From NCBI GenBank assembly GCA_965230295.1, contig OZ246001.1, positions 928,001 to 992,000 on the forward strand: a stretch of 64,000 bases of DNA. Reading direction: 5' to 3'. The position numbers and the translations under genes were made by a program. This document shows, piece after piece, positions 27,961 to 38,060 of this stretch. Source of the stretch: Marinicella sp. (GTDB lineage: Bacteria; Pseudomonadota; Gammaproteobacteria; Xanthomonadales; Marinicellaceae). Within the stretch, counting starts at the first letter, position 1. Each line of letters begins with the position of its first letter. Below the pieces are notes generated by a model. The model ran no database searches. It saw only the letters and a program-made list of their open reading frames with translations, and had not been told where the DNA came from.

Positions 27961-29919
27961 TTGAGCCTGAAACAATTGTTCTGGATTGTTTTTGCCGTGA
28001 TGCTGGCGGTGTTACCACAGCTGTATAGATTGCCACTGTGGTTTTTGCCCATGACCATCATTGTGGTCAGCTATCGCTTTTATGCCCAGATTTACCAAGT
28101 AAGAAAAGCCTACAACATCATCCTCATATTGATTGCATTGGTTGCCTTGATGATGATTGTTTACAGTCAAGGTTTTGGCTTGTCCAGAGAAATCAGCGTA
28201 ACCATTTTGATCACCATGTCGGTGCTGAAATTATTGGAAACGTATTCGATGCGAGATGCATTATTGGTGGTCATGCTTTGTTATTTTGTCACCATGACCC
28301 GGTTTTTATATTCACAGGATTTATTACTGATATTTTATTTATTGGGGTCTGCTTACATCACCACGCATGCTTTATCGGTATTGAATTACCAACAGTCTGA
28401 TCGCTGGTTTGATCGCAAGCAATTGAAATCAACGGCCTCTTCCCTGTCTTTAGCCATTCCTTTTGCCATACTTTTTTTTCTGGTGTTTCCACGATTGGGT
28501 TCACCCATTTGGGGTTCACCAGATATATTTGGCGAGGGTAAAACAGGCGTCAGTGACACCATGAGCCCCGGTTCCATCATTGAACTGTTCATGGATGACT
28601 CACCTGCTTTCAGGGTCACTTTCGAAGACCAAGTAACGCCTCCAAACAACAGACTCTATTGGCGTGGCCCGGTTTTATGGAATTTTGATGGCCGCACCTG
28701 GAGCCGAAAAAAACACCGCTCATTGCGAGAAACCATTCGCCAATACCCTTCTGAACAGGCCATTGCTTATCAAGTTGAATTGGAAAGCACTGGCCAAAAC
28801 TACATGTTTGGCCTAGATTATGTGGCTGCTGCAGTTGATAAAGCTTTGTTGTTACCTGACTCGCTGTTGTATTCTCCCACCAAAATAAACCAGCTCAGGC
28901 ATTATGAACTGAAATCGGTGATGCTGGATCGCTTTTACCAGCAATTAAGTGAAGACGATAAGAATTTATTGTTAGCCTATCCGGAAGGCCAAAATCAACA
29001 AACTTTAGCCATGATGAAAACCTGGCAGCAAGAGGCCAATAACCCCATAGAAATCATCAATCGAGGCTTGCAATATTTCAACCAAAATGACTTTTTTTAT
29101 TCATACACCCCTCCACCCCTTGAAGGCGAGGTGATCGATGAATTCATCTTCAACAGCAAGCGCGGCTTCTGCGAACATTTTGCCTCAACCTATGTCATCA
29201 TGATGCGCATGGCAGGGGTACCTGCACGTGTGGTTACAGGTTACCAGGGCGGTGTGGATAATGATGGTTATTTATTGGTAAAACAATCCGATGCCCATGC
29301 TTGGACCGAAGTTTATATTGAATCAGAAGGTTCTATTGGCTATTGGCAACGGGTGGATCCAACTTCTGTAGTGGCACCTGAGAGGGTTGAACGTGGCGCT
29401 CGAAACATCATGAATGAAAAACGCCATTGGATTGATTTCGAATGGCTGAAAAACACCAAAGAATCCCTGGATAAATACCGCTATCAGTGGAACCAATGGG
29501 TGCGTGACTTCAATGTCAGCAAACAAGAAGCCTTGTTCCGCGCCATTGGCATCGAATATCGTGATGGCAAATACCTGGCCTTGATGATGATCTCAATCCT
29601 GCTGGTTACTGGCATCTTAGTCATCATTCCGTTGTGGTTTATGAAACGCAAACACTTTCATGCTTTACAAAAATTGTATTTACAGTTTGCCAAACTGGCC
29701 AAGAAAACACCTGATCTGTACGGACAGCATTTACTGGGTATTGAGCATTTCTCTCAAAAATTCATCGATCAGTACCCCCAAACCGCAGCCCAAGTGAATC
29801 ACTTTGTTGACCTTTACGTCAATGCCCGATACAGCCGCCATGATGTGAACCAAGAAAAGTTAATCACACACTTACAAAACACCTTACAAAAAATAAAATT
29901 GAAGCTAGAAAATATCTAA
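27961..29919 (+). CDS. tgpA: TgpA-like membrane transglutaminase (DUF3488 + transglutaminase domain)
   Basis: Multiple TMs, LYWRG, GFCEHFAS...GVPARVVTGYQGG...DAHAWTEV...WQRVDPT. Confidence 0.92.
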   Translation: MSLKQLFWIVFAVMLAVLPQLYRLPLWFLPMTIIVVSYRFYAQIYQVRKAYNIILILIALVALMMIVYSQGFGLSREISVTILITMSVLKLLETYSMRDALLVVMLCYFVTMTRFLYSQDLLLIFYLLGSAYITTHALSVLNYQQSDRWFDRKQLKSTASSLSLAIPFAILFFLVFPRLGSPIWGSPDIFGEGKTGVSDTMSPGSIIELFMDDSPAFRVTFEDQVTPPNNRLYWRGPVLWNFDGRTWSRKKHRSLRETIRQYPSEQAIAYQVELESTGQNYMFGLDYVAAAVDKALLLPDSLLYSPTKINQLRHYELKSVMLDRFYQQLSEDDKNLLLAYPEGQNQQTLAMMKTWQQEANNPIEIINRGLQYFNQNDFFYSYTPPPLEGEVIDEFIFNSKRGFCEHFASTYVIMMRMAGVPARVVTGYQGGVDNDGYLLVKQSDAHAWTEVYIESEGSIGYWQRVDPTSVVAPERVERGARNIMNEKRHWIDFEWLKNTKESLDKYRYQWNQWVRDFNVSKQEALFRAIGIEYRDGKYLALMMISILLVTGILVIIPLWFMKRKHFHALQKLYLQFAKLAKKTPDLYGQHLLGIEHFSQKFIDQYPQTAAQVNHFVDLYVNARYSRHDVNQEKLITHLQNTLQKIKLKLENI

Positions 29920-30165
29920 ACGGTTAACACTGATTACGCATTCAATCATTAGATTCATGTGTGGACTTGAGGTAAAAAGAAACAAATATTTAATGAAATT
30001 TTCATGCTTTGGCATCCTCACTCTACTTTCATCACTTGGTTCAAAGACACAGCAAAAATTCGCCCATTTGATTCAGACATTGTTCATTTTTAAATTCCTA
30101 TAATCCGCCTCATCCCAACTTCAGCGTTGCGGAATAAAAACAACAACTAATCAGGAGAATTTAAA

Positions 30166-30711
30166 ATGAGAAAACTACTGTTAACCAGTTTATTGGGCAC
30201 CAACTTATACGCTCAAGCCAATGATGACATCAATTACAACTTTTTTGAAATAGGCTACGGCTACACTGATTTTGACAACAGTGCTCATGCCGATGGCTTT
30301 TATCTGGATGGTGCTTTTGAGCTGTCAGATCGCTTTTACATAGGTGCCTTTACTGACAACAGAGACCTCAGGAATTTTGACTTCAATCGATATGGATTGT
30401 CATTGGGCTTCCATACCAATGGCTCTGGAAAAACTGACTTTTATACAGAATTTAAGGCCGGCAGGTTTGAGATAAATAATTTAAACAACAACACATTGGG
30501 TTTGTATGCGGGAACCAGAACAGCATTCAACCAACGGTTTGAACTGATTTCTAAATTCGGCTACACCCATGTCGATGACTTGAATGATAATTTCTGGGAG
30601 GCTGAATTGAAAGGCTTGTTTAAATTCAATGATCAACATGCCATGACTTTGGGGTTGGATAGCTTTGATGGCGAACCTGGTGCTAAAGTGGGTTACCGTT
30701 TTAGTTTTTAA
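30166..30711 (+). CDS. Small outer-membrane beta-barrel protein
   Basis: Signal peptide, INYNFFEIGY, alternating aromatic strands, C-terminal VGYRFSF beta-signal. Confidence 0.8.
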   Translation: MRKLLLTSLLGTNLYAQANDDINYNFFEIGYGYTDFDNSAHADGFYLDGAFELSDRFYIGAFTDNRDLRNFDFNRYGLSLGFHTNGSGKTDFYTEFKAGRFEINNLNNNTLGLYAGTRTAFNQRFELISKFGYTHVDDLNDNFWEAELKGLFKFNDQHAMTLGLDSFDGEPGAKVGYRFSF

Positions 30712-30725
30712 TCGCTTTATTGATG

Positions 30726-30751
30726 CAGCCGCTCAGGTAAGTGAGCGGCTG
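30726..30751. terminator. Hairpin between convergent genes, probable bidirectional terminator
   Basis: CAGCCGCTCA-ggtaag-TGAGCGGCTG, a perfect 10-bp stem. Confidence 0.7.
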
Positions 30752-30756
30752 TTCAA

Positions 30757-31743
30757 TTATTTTAACTTGATGTTACTCAGTCGTGTTTTATCCACCACAA
30801 GTTGTAACACATCCGGCCTTGAATAATGACCCACAGGATCAAAATTCTGTCGTTCCTCAAACACCTTGCTGTGATCAATGGTTGCCGCATACAATCCTTC
30901 CTCACCCACTTGAGGTTCAATCACAAAAGACCCATCTGGCGCACACAAACATGAGCCGCCGTCAGACAAGAATTTTTCCGGGCTGTTTTTCATCAACACA
31001 TCATGATAAGGGCTGGAGTCTGGGAAATCTTGAGGTCGCATCAAACCACTGACTGAAATCACAAATGAACGGCCTTCTTTGGCCATCATGGGAGTGATGT
31101 CATGGGTGTTGCGAATACTGCCAGGCCAGTTGGCCACATGTAAATCTTCACCTTGAGCATACAAAGCGGTGCGAGCCAGAGGCATCCAGTTTTCCCAACA
31201 GTTCAATCCTCCCACTGTAAAAGCACCCAATGAATGGGTTTGCAGACCATGGCCATCTCCGGGTGACCAAGTCAATCGCTCTTCATAAGTGGGTTGCAAT
31301 TTACGGTGTACAGATTTGATGACACCCTGTTCATTGATATAGACGATCGAACAATACAAGCTGTGTCCCCCACGATCCAAAGGTCTTTCGATGATGCCTA
31401 AATAACATGCCATCTGATGTTGTTTCAGCACCGCACAAATGTCATCCAGGTCACCCCGTTCAATTTGCACGGCTTGCTCACAATAATGGGCATGAAATTC
31501 TTTTTGATCCTGGGCATTGAATCTTGCCCCATGGGTCAGTTCCACCCAAAAAGGATAACCCGGCAACAAGCCTTCTCCCAAGGCCACCAACTGACAGTCT
31601 TGTCCACCGGCCTGGTGCAAATAATCAATGATTTTCTCTGTGGTTCTGATGCGGTCTAACCAAATTGGCGCGATTTGGATCAAACCAACTTTTAAAGTGT
31701 TGTTCATAAGTAATCCAGATGTGATTAAAACAGTGGTGACCAC
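30757..31743 (-). CDS. Nitrilase / carbon-nitrogen hydrolase (likely start ATG 31707)
   Basis: E-K-C triad: GEGLLPGYPFW, HRKLQPT, LNCWENW. C-terminal FDPVGHYSRPDV. Confidence 0.92.
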   Translation of the reverse strand: MVTTVLITSGLLMNNTLKVGLIQIAPIWLDRIRTTEKIIDYLHQAGGQDCQLVALGEGLLPGYPFWVELTHGARFNAQDQKEFHAHYCEQAVQIERGDLDDICAVLKQHQMACYLGIIERPLDRGGHSLYCSIVYINEQGVIKSVHRKLQPTYEERLTWSPGDGHGLQTHSLGAFTVGGLNCWENWMPLARTALYAQGEDLHVANWPGSIRNTHDITPMMAKEGRSFVISVSGLMRPQDFPDSSPYHDVLMKNSPEKFLSDGGSCLCAPDGSFVIEPQVGEEGLYAATIDHSKVFEERQNFDPVGHYSRPDVLQLVVDKTRLSNIKLK

Positions 31744-31831
31744 TAGCGTGGCAATTCGGTTTATTTTATACCAGTCACATCAACAGTTCTGCTATCATCA
31801 TGAATTATTCAATCATCTGAGCAAATAACCT

Positions 31832-33124
31832 ATGAAATACATCCACAACACCATGGCCATTCTTCTGCTGTTAATCAACTCTCAAATAACTGCAGAAACC
31901 CAGGTTATTTATGCAGGTGAACTGCTGGCGATCCCGGGGGAAGCACCACTCAAAGAACAAACCATCACCATCACCGATGGTGTGATCACAGATGTGAGTG
32001 ATGGATTTACCACCTATGACCCATCTGAGGACATTAAAATCATTGATTTACGTGACTCATTTGTGATGCCGGGCTTGATGGACATGCATGTGCACTTGCA
32101 AGGTCAATTGGGACCCGACAATGACAGGGATGCATTGAAAATGTCCAGCCAGCTCGTTGGTATGCGCACAGTTCACCATGGTAAAAAAACATTGCTGGCT
32201 GGTTTCACCACGGTTCGTGATGTAGGCTCTGATTCGCAATACATGTATGCCTATCGAGACGCCATCAACCGTGGTTGGGTTGATGGTCCCCGGATCATTG
32301 CTGCTGGCGGTGTGGGCATCACCGGTGGACATGCTGATGTCAGTGGTATCAAACCAGAATTGATGGAATTTTACACCGATCGTTCCATTTGTGACGGTCC
32401 TTACGACTGTCGACGTGCTGCCAGAGATGCCATCAAATATGGCGCTGATCTGATTAAAATCACTTCAACAGGTGGTGTGATGACCGATCGGGCCACTGGA
32501 ACCGGTCAGCAAATGGAAATGGATGAATTGAAGGAAGTGGTTCTGGCCGCCAAACGCATGGGTAAGAAAGTGGCTTCTCATGCCCACCAAGAAGATGGCA
32601 TCATCGCTGCTTTAAAAGCTGGCGTTCACAGCATTGAGCATGGTACTTATACTGGCAAGGAGGCCATTAAGCTATTCAATCAAACGGGCGCTTATCTGGT
32701 ACCGACTTTGTTGGCCGGAGAAACCGTGGTCAGACTGGCCAAGACCACCGACATGTTGCCACCCCCGGTAGCGGCCAAAGCCATCAAAGTCGGTGCTGAC
32801 ATGCAAGGCAACTTCATCAAATCCTATGAAGGCGGGGTGAAAATCGCTTTCGGTACTGACAGTGGAATCTCACCGCACGGTACCAATGCTGAAGAAGCGG
32901 TATTAATGAGTGAAGCGGGTATGCCGAACGATCAAATTTTAGTCAGTGCCACGATCAATGCCGCTGATTTAATTGGTATGAGTAACCAACTGGGCACCCT
33001 TGAGGTTGGCAAACAGGCTGACATCATTGCCACCCAATCATCGCCTATTGAAGACATCAAAGTCTTGTTATCTGTTGATTTTGTGATGAAAGGAGGCAAG
33101 GTATATAAACATGGTGGCCTGTAA
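31832..33124 (+). CDS. Secreted metal-dependent amidohydrolase (Xaa-Pro dipeptidase-like)
   Basis: PGLMDMHVH, AGFTTVRD, GGHAD, SHAH, SIEHG, IAFGTDSG. Signal peptide. Confidence 0.9.
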   Translation: MKYIHNTMAILLLLINSQITAETQVIYAGELLAIPGEAPLKEQTITITDGVITDVSDGFTTYDPSEDIKIIDLRDSFVMPGLMDMHVHLQGQLGPDNDRDALKMSSQLVGMRTVHHGKKTLLAGFTTVRDVGSDSQYMYAYRDAINRGWVDGPRIIAAGGVGITGGHADVSGIKPELMEFYTDRSICDGPYDCRRAARDAIKYGADLIKITSTGGVMTDRATGTGQQMEMDELKEVVLAAKRMGKKVASHAHQEDGIIAALKAGVHSIEHGTYTGKEAIKLFNQTGAYLVPTLLAGETVVRLAKTTDMLPPPVAAKAIKVGADMQGNFIKSYEGGVKIAFGTDSGISPHGTNAEEAVLMSEAGMPNDQILVSATINAADLIGMSNQLGTLEVGKQADIIATQSSPIEDIKVLLSVDFVMKGGKVYKHGGL

Positions 33125-33262
33125 TTCAGTGCATCTGAAACAAGACATTAGGTCAAAGCTGACTGGAGACTGAACCACCGCAGGGTGGTTTTGTGAAATT
33201 TGATTCAGTTTTTGCCATCGCTGTATCCAGGGCTGGGTTTGATGTGGACTTGGTGATGAAAG

Positions 33263-34072
33263 TTGGTTAAGTTCTTAAGCATGAAAAATTATAAACTGCT
33301 GTTATTACTGTTACCTGTTATGTGTGTTGGGCTGACAGCCTGCCAACCGAAAGGTACCACCTTGTATCAACATCCTGATGCACAAAACCACCCCATTGAT
33401 GAGATGGTGGTGGTCATCGATTACCTGAACCTCAGAGATGACATTGGCCAGTATTGGGATTTCGACAGTTATTTTCATCAAAAAATTCTGAATAAACTGC
33501 TGAACGACATTGTTGCAGTCACCCAAGAGGCTGGCTATCCGCCCATTTCAAGTTATCTGTTGTCCAGTGGTTTATTGATGAACAATGAATTCGCTGTAGA
33601 ACATTACATCGATGAAACATTACAGCCAGAACTGCTGTACCCGCCATTTATCATGGCGCAAGAAAACATCCCGGAAGAACACATGCCGCTACACCAGGAA
33701 TTTCTGATCCTGATGGTGAAGTACATCGCCCAAAGACGCCATCATGAAACCGATGAGTTGTCGCACCGTGGCATGCAAATGCCCTATCATTTTGAAAGTT
33801 TAAATCTACCTGAGGACACAGGCATCCTCTATATACATGTGGACTTGTCAGCACCAGGTGCCATCAAACAACTCAGTGGTTTATTGGTATCAGGAGCCAT
33901 TGCCAGCCAATCTGATTATGCTTCGGTTCACATTGATGCTTCTTATAAAAGACATGCCAGTGCTTTTTTGGTGCACAAAGGCAGTGGACAAATCTTGTGG
34001 AAAAACCACTCCAATACCTGGACACCTGAGTCACCCATTGAATCACTGTTAAGTCAATTTCCGCGGCGTTGA
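33263..34072 (+). CDS. Hypothetical lipoprotein (likely start ATG 33281)
   Basis: MKNYKLLLLLLPVMCVGLTAC lipobox. No domain recognised. Confidence 0.7.
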   Translation: MVKFLSMKNYKLLLLLLPVMCVGLTACQPKGTTLYQHPDAQNHPIDEMVVVIDYLNLRDDIGQYWDFDSYFHQKILNKLLNDIVAVTQEAGYPPISSYLLSSGLLMNNEFAVEHYIDETLQPELLYPPFIMAQENIPEEHMPLHQEFLILMVKYIAQRRHHETDELSHRGMQMPYHFESLNLPEDTGILYIHVDLSAPGAIKQLSGLLVSGAIASQSDYASVHIDASYKRHASAFLVHKGSGQILWKNHSNTWTPESPIESLLSQFPRR

Positions 34073-34073
34073 C

Positions 34074-35219
34074 TTAATCACAACTCACGCCAAAATCTGA
34101 ATAAAAAATTTCATCAGAAACGCCTTGGGGAACCAAGTTTGAAAATGGTATCTGTTGAAACCAAGCGGCGATTTGAGGTGGAATCACCGGTGATGAAAAA
34201 TAATTTCCATTCAGAAAAAATTCATTCATCTGACTCAGGTTACCGAATCCTGCCGGTACCGCCCCTGTTAAACGGTTGTTATTGACATAAAATCCAATCA
34301 GCAAGGTCATTTGAGACCACTCATCAGGAATGGGTCCGCTCAGACCATTGTGGTTGAGGGAAATGAAATCAAATTCCGTTAATGCCCCTAAGGAAGCAGG
34401 TAGGCGGCCGATCAGAAAATTGCGGCTTAAATCCAATTGTTTCAAAGAACTCATGCCACCGATGCACTCAGGGATCCTGCCGATCAAATCATTGTTAGCC
34501 AAAAAGAGGAATTCAAGCTGATTGAGATCAGTGATTGAAGCTGGAATGGCTCCGGTTAGTCCAGCATCAATGGCTGAAAAGTATTCCAGCGATGCCATTT
34601 GAGAAACACTGACTGGTATAGGTTCATTGAATTGATTGCCATCCAACCACAGGTCAGTCAGGTTTGACATACCAGTCACTTGTGACATGACTTGACCGGA
34701 TAATTGGTTGTTTTGTAGTTGTAGAATTTTCAAATCCAGTAAATTCACCCAATCTTCGGGCACATCTCCAGACAACTGATTGTCTCCCAGGATCAAAAAC
34801 TCCAGGCCAGCCAAGTTCCCAAGCCCTTCCGGGATAAAACTGAACAGGCTGTTGCCGGATAAGTTCAGCGAGACCAACTGAGTCAAGTCTTTCATTGTAC
34901 TGGGAATAATCCCATTCAAATTATTATTTCTTAGGTCCAGGAACCAAACATTCTTTTCAACGGCGCCAAAGGCAGATACACCAAACCAACTATCAACATC
35001 GGCGTTGCCCCAATTGGTGTTGTTGGTCCAATTGTCTCCATCGGTGATGTTGTAGAGGTTCACCAATGCATTGCATTCCAAAACAGGGGAATTGATTCCA
35101 GGCTGAAAACAAACTGTATTGAAATCCAAATCTGCTTGTGCCATCCATGTGCACAGCATCATCCCATACATAAAAAACTGTTTTAAAAACCCGGTCTTCA
35201 TGTCACTTATTATCAACAA
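34074..35219 (-). CDS. Secreted leucine-rich repeat protein (plant-type LRR consensus)
   Basis: ECNALVNLYNITDGDNW cap, then repeated LxLxxNxLxGxIPxxLxxL. Ends DEIFYSDFGVSCD. Confidence 0.9.
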   Translation of the reverse strand: MLIISDMKTGFLKQFFMYGMMLCTWMAQADLDFNTVCFQPGINSPVLECNALVNLYNITDGDNWTNNTNWGNADVDSWFGVSAFGAVEKNVWFLDLRNNNLNGIIPSTMKDLTQLVSLNLSGNSLFSFIPEGLGNLAGLEFLILGDNQLSGDVPEDWVNLLDLKILQLQNNQLSGQVMSQVTGMSNLTDLWLDGNQFNEPIPVSVSQMASLEYFSAIDAGLTGAIPASITDLNQLEFLFLANNDLIGRIPECIGGMSSLKQLDLSRNFLIGRLPASLGALTEFDFISLNHNGLSGPIPDEWSQMTLLIGFYVNNNRLTGAVPAGFGNLSQMNEFFLNGNYFSSPVIPPQIAAWFQQIPFSNLVPQGVSDEIFYSDFGVSCD

Positions 35220-35278
35220 GTGGCGCCAGAATATAAAGCACAGAAAACAATTTCGTACTGACCGTCCAGTGTTACATG

Positions 35279-36172
35279 TTATCCATTGGCTTGACCGATC
35301 AACTGAAGGTACTTATCTGCAATTTGCCCGGCTGTTTGCTCTATATCAGAACGTGAAGAACTGTGAGGAGTCACAGTGATCTTTGGGTGTTGCCAAAAAG
35401 GATGATCCTTGGGCAAGGGTTCTTGCTCGAAAACATCCAACACGGCATGCCTGAGCCGCCCCGAGTCCAAGCCTGCCAGCAATGCCGCTTCATCAACATG
35501 TTTCCCGCGACCTACATTCATCAGCATGACCTCTGGCCGGCACCAAGATATGGAAGTCGCATTGATGATGTGATGGGTCTGTTCGTTAAGTGGCAACAGG
35601 ACAATCAAATACTGACTGTTTTGACAAACGTGTTTGAGCCCTGCACTGCCATGAAAACATGGATGTAGAGGATGCTCTTGTCTATGGGTCCAGGCCATGG
35701 TCCTGAAACCCAAATCTGCACAGCGGTCGGCCACAAAGGTACCCAATTGCCCCAGCCCCAAAACCCCAACTGTTGGCATGGCGTCATCCGACTCGAGAAC
35801 TTGCCAAACTTGAGATTGTTGTTGCAGTAGATATGCATGTTGGTGGCGGTGGTCATTGAGGATGTGTTGTAACACATATTGGGCCATGTTTTGTTGTAAA
35901 GCCAGGGTAACAATGCGACCAGTACGAATGTTTACAGGTAAACGGGAATCGGCTTCTATATGATCCATACCGGCACCCATTGAAACCACCATTTTCAATT
36001 CTTTCATGGGGTCAGTGATGCCCTCAGGGTGATTCCAAAGGACTGCTAATTTAACTTGTTCAGGGTGGTTGATGTCAGGCCATTGTTGGATGTCAACTTC
36101 AGGCAGCAGCCGACTTATGCTTTGACACAAGTGATCTGTGTTGCGGTCGGTGATGATGACCGCAATACTCAT
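35279..36172 (-). CDS. ghrA: Glyoxylate/hydroxypyruvate reductase A-like 2-hydroxyacid dehydrogenase
   Basis: SMGAGMDH, GVLGLGQLG, NVGRG, LDVFEQEPL, TPH. Confidence 0.85.
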   Translation of the reverse strand: MSIAVIITDRNTDHLCQSISRLLPEVDIQQWPDINHPEQVKLAVLWNHPEGITDPMKELKMVVSMGAGMDHIEADSRLPVNIRTGRIVTLALQQNMAQYVLQHILNDHRHQHAYLLQQQSQVWQVLESDDAMPTVGVLGLGQLGTFVADRCADLGFRTMAWTHRQEHPLHPCFHGSAGLKHVCQNSQYLIVLLPLNEQTHHIINATSISWCRPEVMLMNVGRGKHVDEAALLAGLDSGRLRHAVLDVFEQEPLPKDHPFWQHPKITVTPHSSSRSDIEQTAGQIADKYLQLIGQANG

Positions 36173-36642
36173 GCCTTGGCTAAGAACTCTAAATGTTTGA
36201 GTGCGCGCTTATAGACGTTTTTCTTAAAGTGTATAACATTTTCAGCCGGGTACCAGAAATTAACCCATCGAAAGGCTTCAAACTCAGGCTTACTGGTTTT
36301 ATTGAAATCAACTTTCGATTCGTCTTCTAATAACCTCAACAAGTAATACACTTGCTTTTGCCCAACAAATGACGGGTCAGAATCACGTTTGTGGAATTTT
36401 TTGGGTAACTGGTATTTTAACCAGCCGGGAGTCGAACCCAAAACGTCCACGTGGTGGGGTTTTAAACCCACTTCTTCGTATAATTCCCTGAACATGGCCT
36501 CTTCCGGGGATTCGTCGTTATTTATACCCCCTTGCGGAAATTGCCAACCATTTCCTCTGGTTCGCTTGGCCCAAAACACTTGACCTTCATTGTCGAGCAA
36601 GATGATGCCCACATTGGGCCTAAAACCATCTCGATCAATCAT
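36169..36642 (-). CDS. rppH: RNA pyrophosphohydrolase
   Basis: MIDRDGFRPNVGII, WQFPQGG, Nudix box AMFRELYEEVG, GQKQ. Confidence 0.97.
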   Translation of the reverse strand: MIDRDGFRPNVGIILLDNEGQVFWAKRTRGNGWQFPQGGINNDESPEEAMFRELYEEVGLKPHHVDVLGSTPGWLKYQLPKKFHKRDSDPSFVGQKQVYYLLRLLEDESKVDFNKTSKPEFEAFRWVNFWYPAENVIHFKKNVYKRALKHLEFLAKA

Positions 36643-36852
36643 GATGACATAAAATTTTTAAACTGAGTCTATTGTTTCAAAAAAATGAAACTTGAGCAAG
36701 CAGTTTAAAGCAAACAGAAAATAATGTGCATTACCACACAACACTTGAATGGCACCTCCAGATCGTCGCTCAACCATTCAGTAAACAGGGTATACATCCC
36801 CCAAAGGCCCAATTCATGCTATCATAATAACCGTGTGAAAAAGCGGTGTGTG

Positions 36853-37998
36853 ATGTTAAGTGATGACAACAGTCATGATTACTATGCAGAACAAATGCAT
36901 GTGATCAAAAAATGGGCGCTCAATTTGGGTGCCATATATTTGGTGCTGTTTTGTGTTGTTGATTACTACCGTTACACAGGTGCCTCTCTAGAACAAGCCA
37001 TGATTGCCAGATTTATCTTTATGGTGATACCCATGGTTGTCGTTCTGGGCATTTTCTATAACCAAAAAAAATTAAACGTCAGCGTCCAACAGTTTGATTG
37101 GGTTGCTTTTGTTGTGATCATTGCGGTGGGCATTGGCCATTCAAGGATCATCGAAATAGGTGCCAATAACGCCATGTTTTTCCCCAGGATTGGTTTGACC
37201 ATCGTATTGATATATTCCGGTTTGTTATTAGCACTGCCCATCAGCAAAGCCATATTCAGTTCTTTAACCATCATTGCCATTGCGGCATTCACTTATTACA
37301 AAACAGGCATGAACGGTGGGGAAATTGCCTCATTGGTGTTCTTTTATTTGGTTTTTGCCAGTTGTTGTATATTCATGAACCATGTGTTCACCAAGATACT
37401 GAATGCCAATTACAGCTTGATCAAAGTGATCGATCACCAAGCCAACTCTGACTATCTGACCAAGTTATTCAATCGCCGTTATTTTTATGTTCAATCTGTA
37501 AAAATTTATAAACAATCAATCAGGGACAAAACACCGCTGGCTTTTCTGCTGGTTGACTTGGACAACTTCAAAGCCATCAATGATGAAAAAGGTCATAAGT
37601 ATGGTGATACCGTGTTGGTCAAAGTGAGCGAAGTCTTACAACGACATTGTCGGCGTCCCTTGGACATCGCAGCCAGATTAGGCGGTGATGAATTTGTTCT
37701 TTTACTGCATGACACCACCACCAGGCACATCGAAGAAGTGTGTGGCAGCATCATCAGTGACATCAATGAAATTGGTGTTGAAATCAAACGCAGAAACAAC
37801 AGCCTGGATTTAGGTTCTTCAATTGGTGTGGCCTTTAAGGAAAGCGATTCTCAAGTCAATGTGAAAGCCATGATGAACATGGCTGATAAAGCCTTGTATC
37901 ACGTTAAACACCACGGCAAAAATAACTACTGTATCAAAGCCCCTAAAAAAGAGTTGATTTTTTCCGGGAAGAAAATGGATCATTTGAAATTGGTCTGA
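36853..37998 (+). CDS. Membrane-bound diguanylate cyclase (GGDEF)
   Basis: N-terminal TMs, DLDNFKAIND, RPLD I-site, ARLGGDEF. The track start at 36724 is probably over-extended. Confidence 0.92.
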   Translation: MLSDDNSHDYYAEQMHVIKKWALNLGAIYLVLFCVVDYYRYTGASLEQAMIARFIFMVIPMVVVLGIFYNQKKLNVSVQQFDWVAFVVIIAVGIGHSRIIEIGANNAMFFPRIGLTIVLIYSGLLLALPISKAIFSSLTIIAIAAFTYYKTGMNGGEIASLVFFYLVFASCCIFMNHVFTKILNANYSLIKVIDHQANSDYLTKLFNRRYFYVQSVKIYKQSIRDKTPLAFLLVDLDNFKAINDEKGHKYGDTVLVKVSEVLQRHCRRPLDIAARLGGDEFVLLLHDTTTRHIEEVCGSIISDINEIGVEIKRRNNSLDLGSSIGVAFKESDSQVNVKAMMNMADKALYHVKHHGKNNYCIKAPKKELIFSGKKMDHLKLV

Positions 37999-38060
37999 CT
38001 GACCCGGTAAACGGAACCCACCCTGCTCAGTGACACCAAACAGGGCAGAAACTTCATGGT

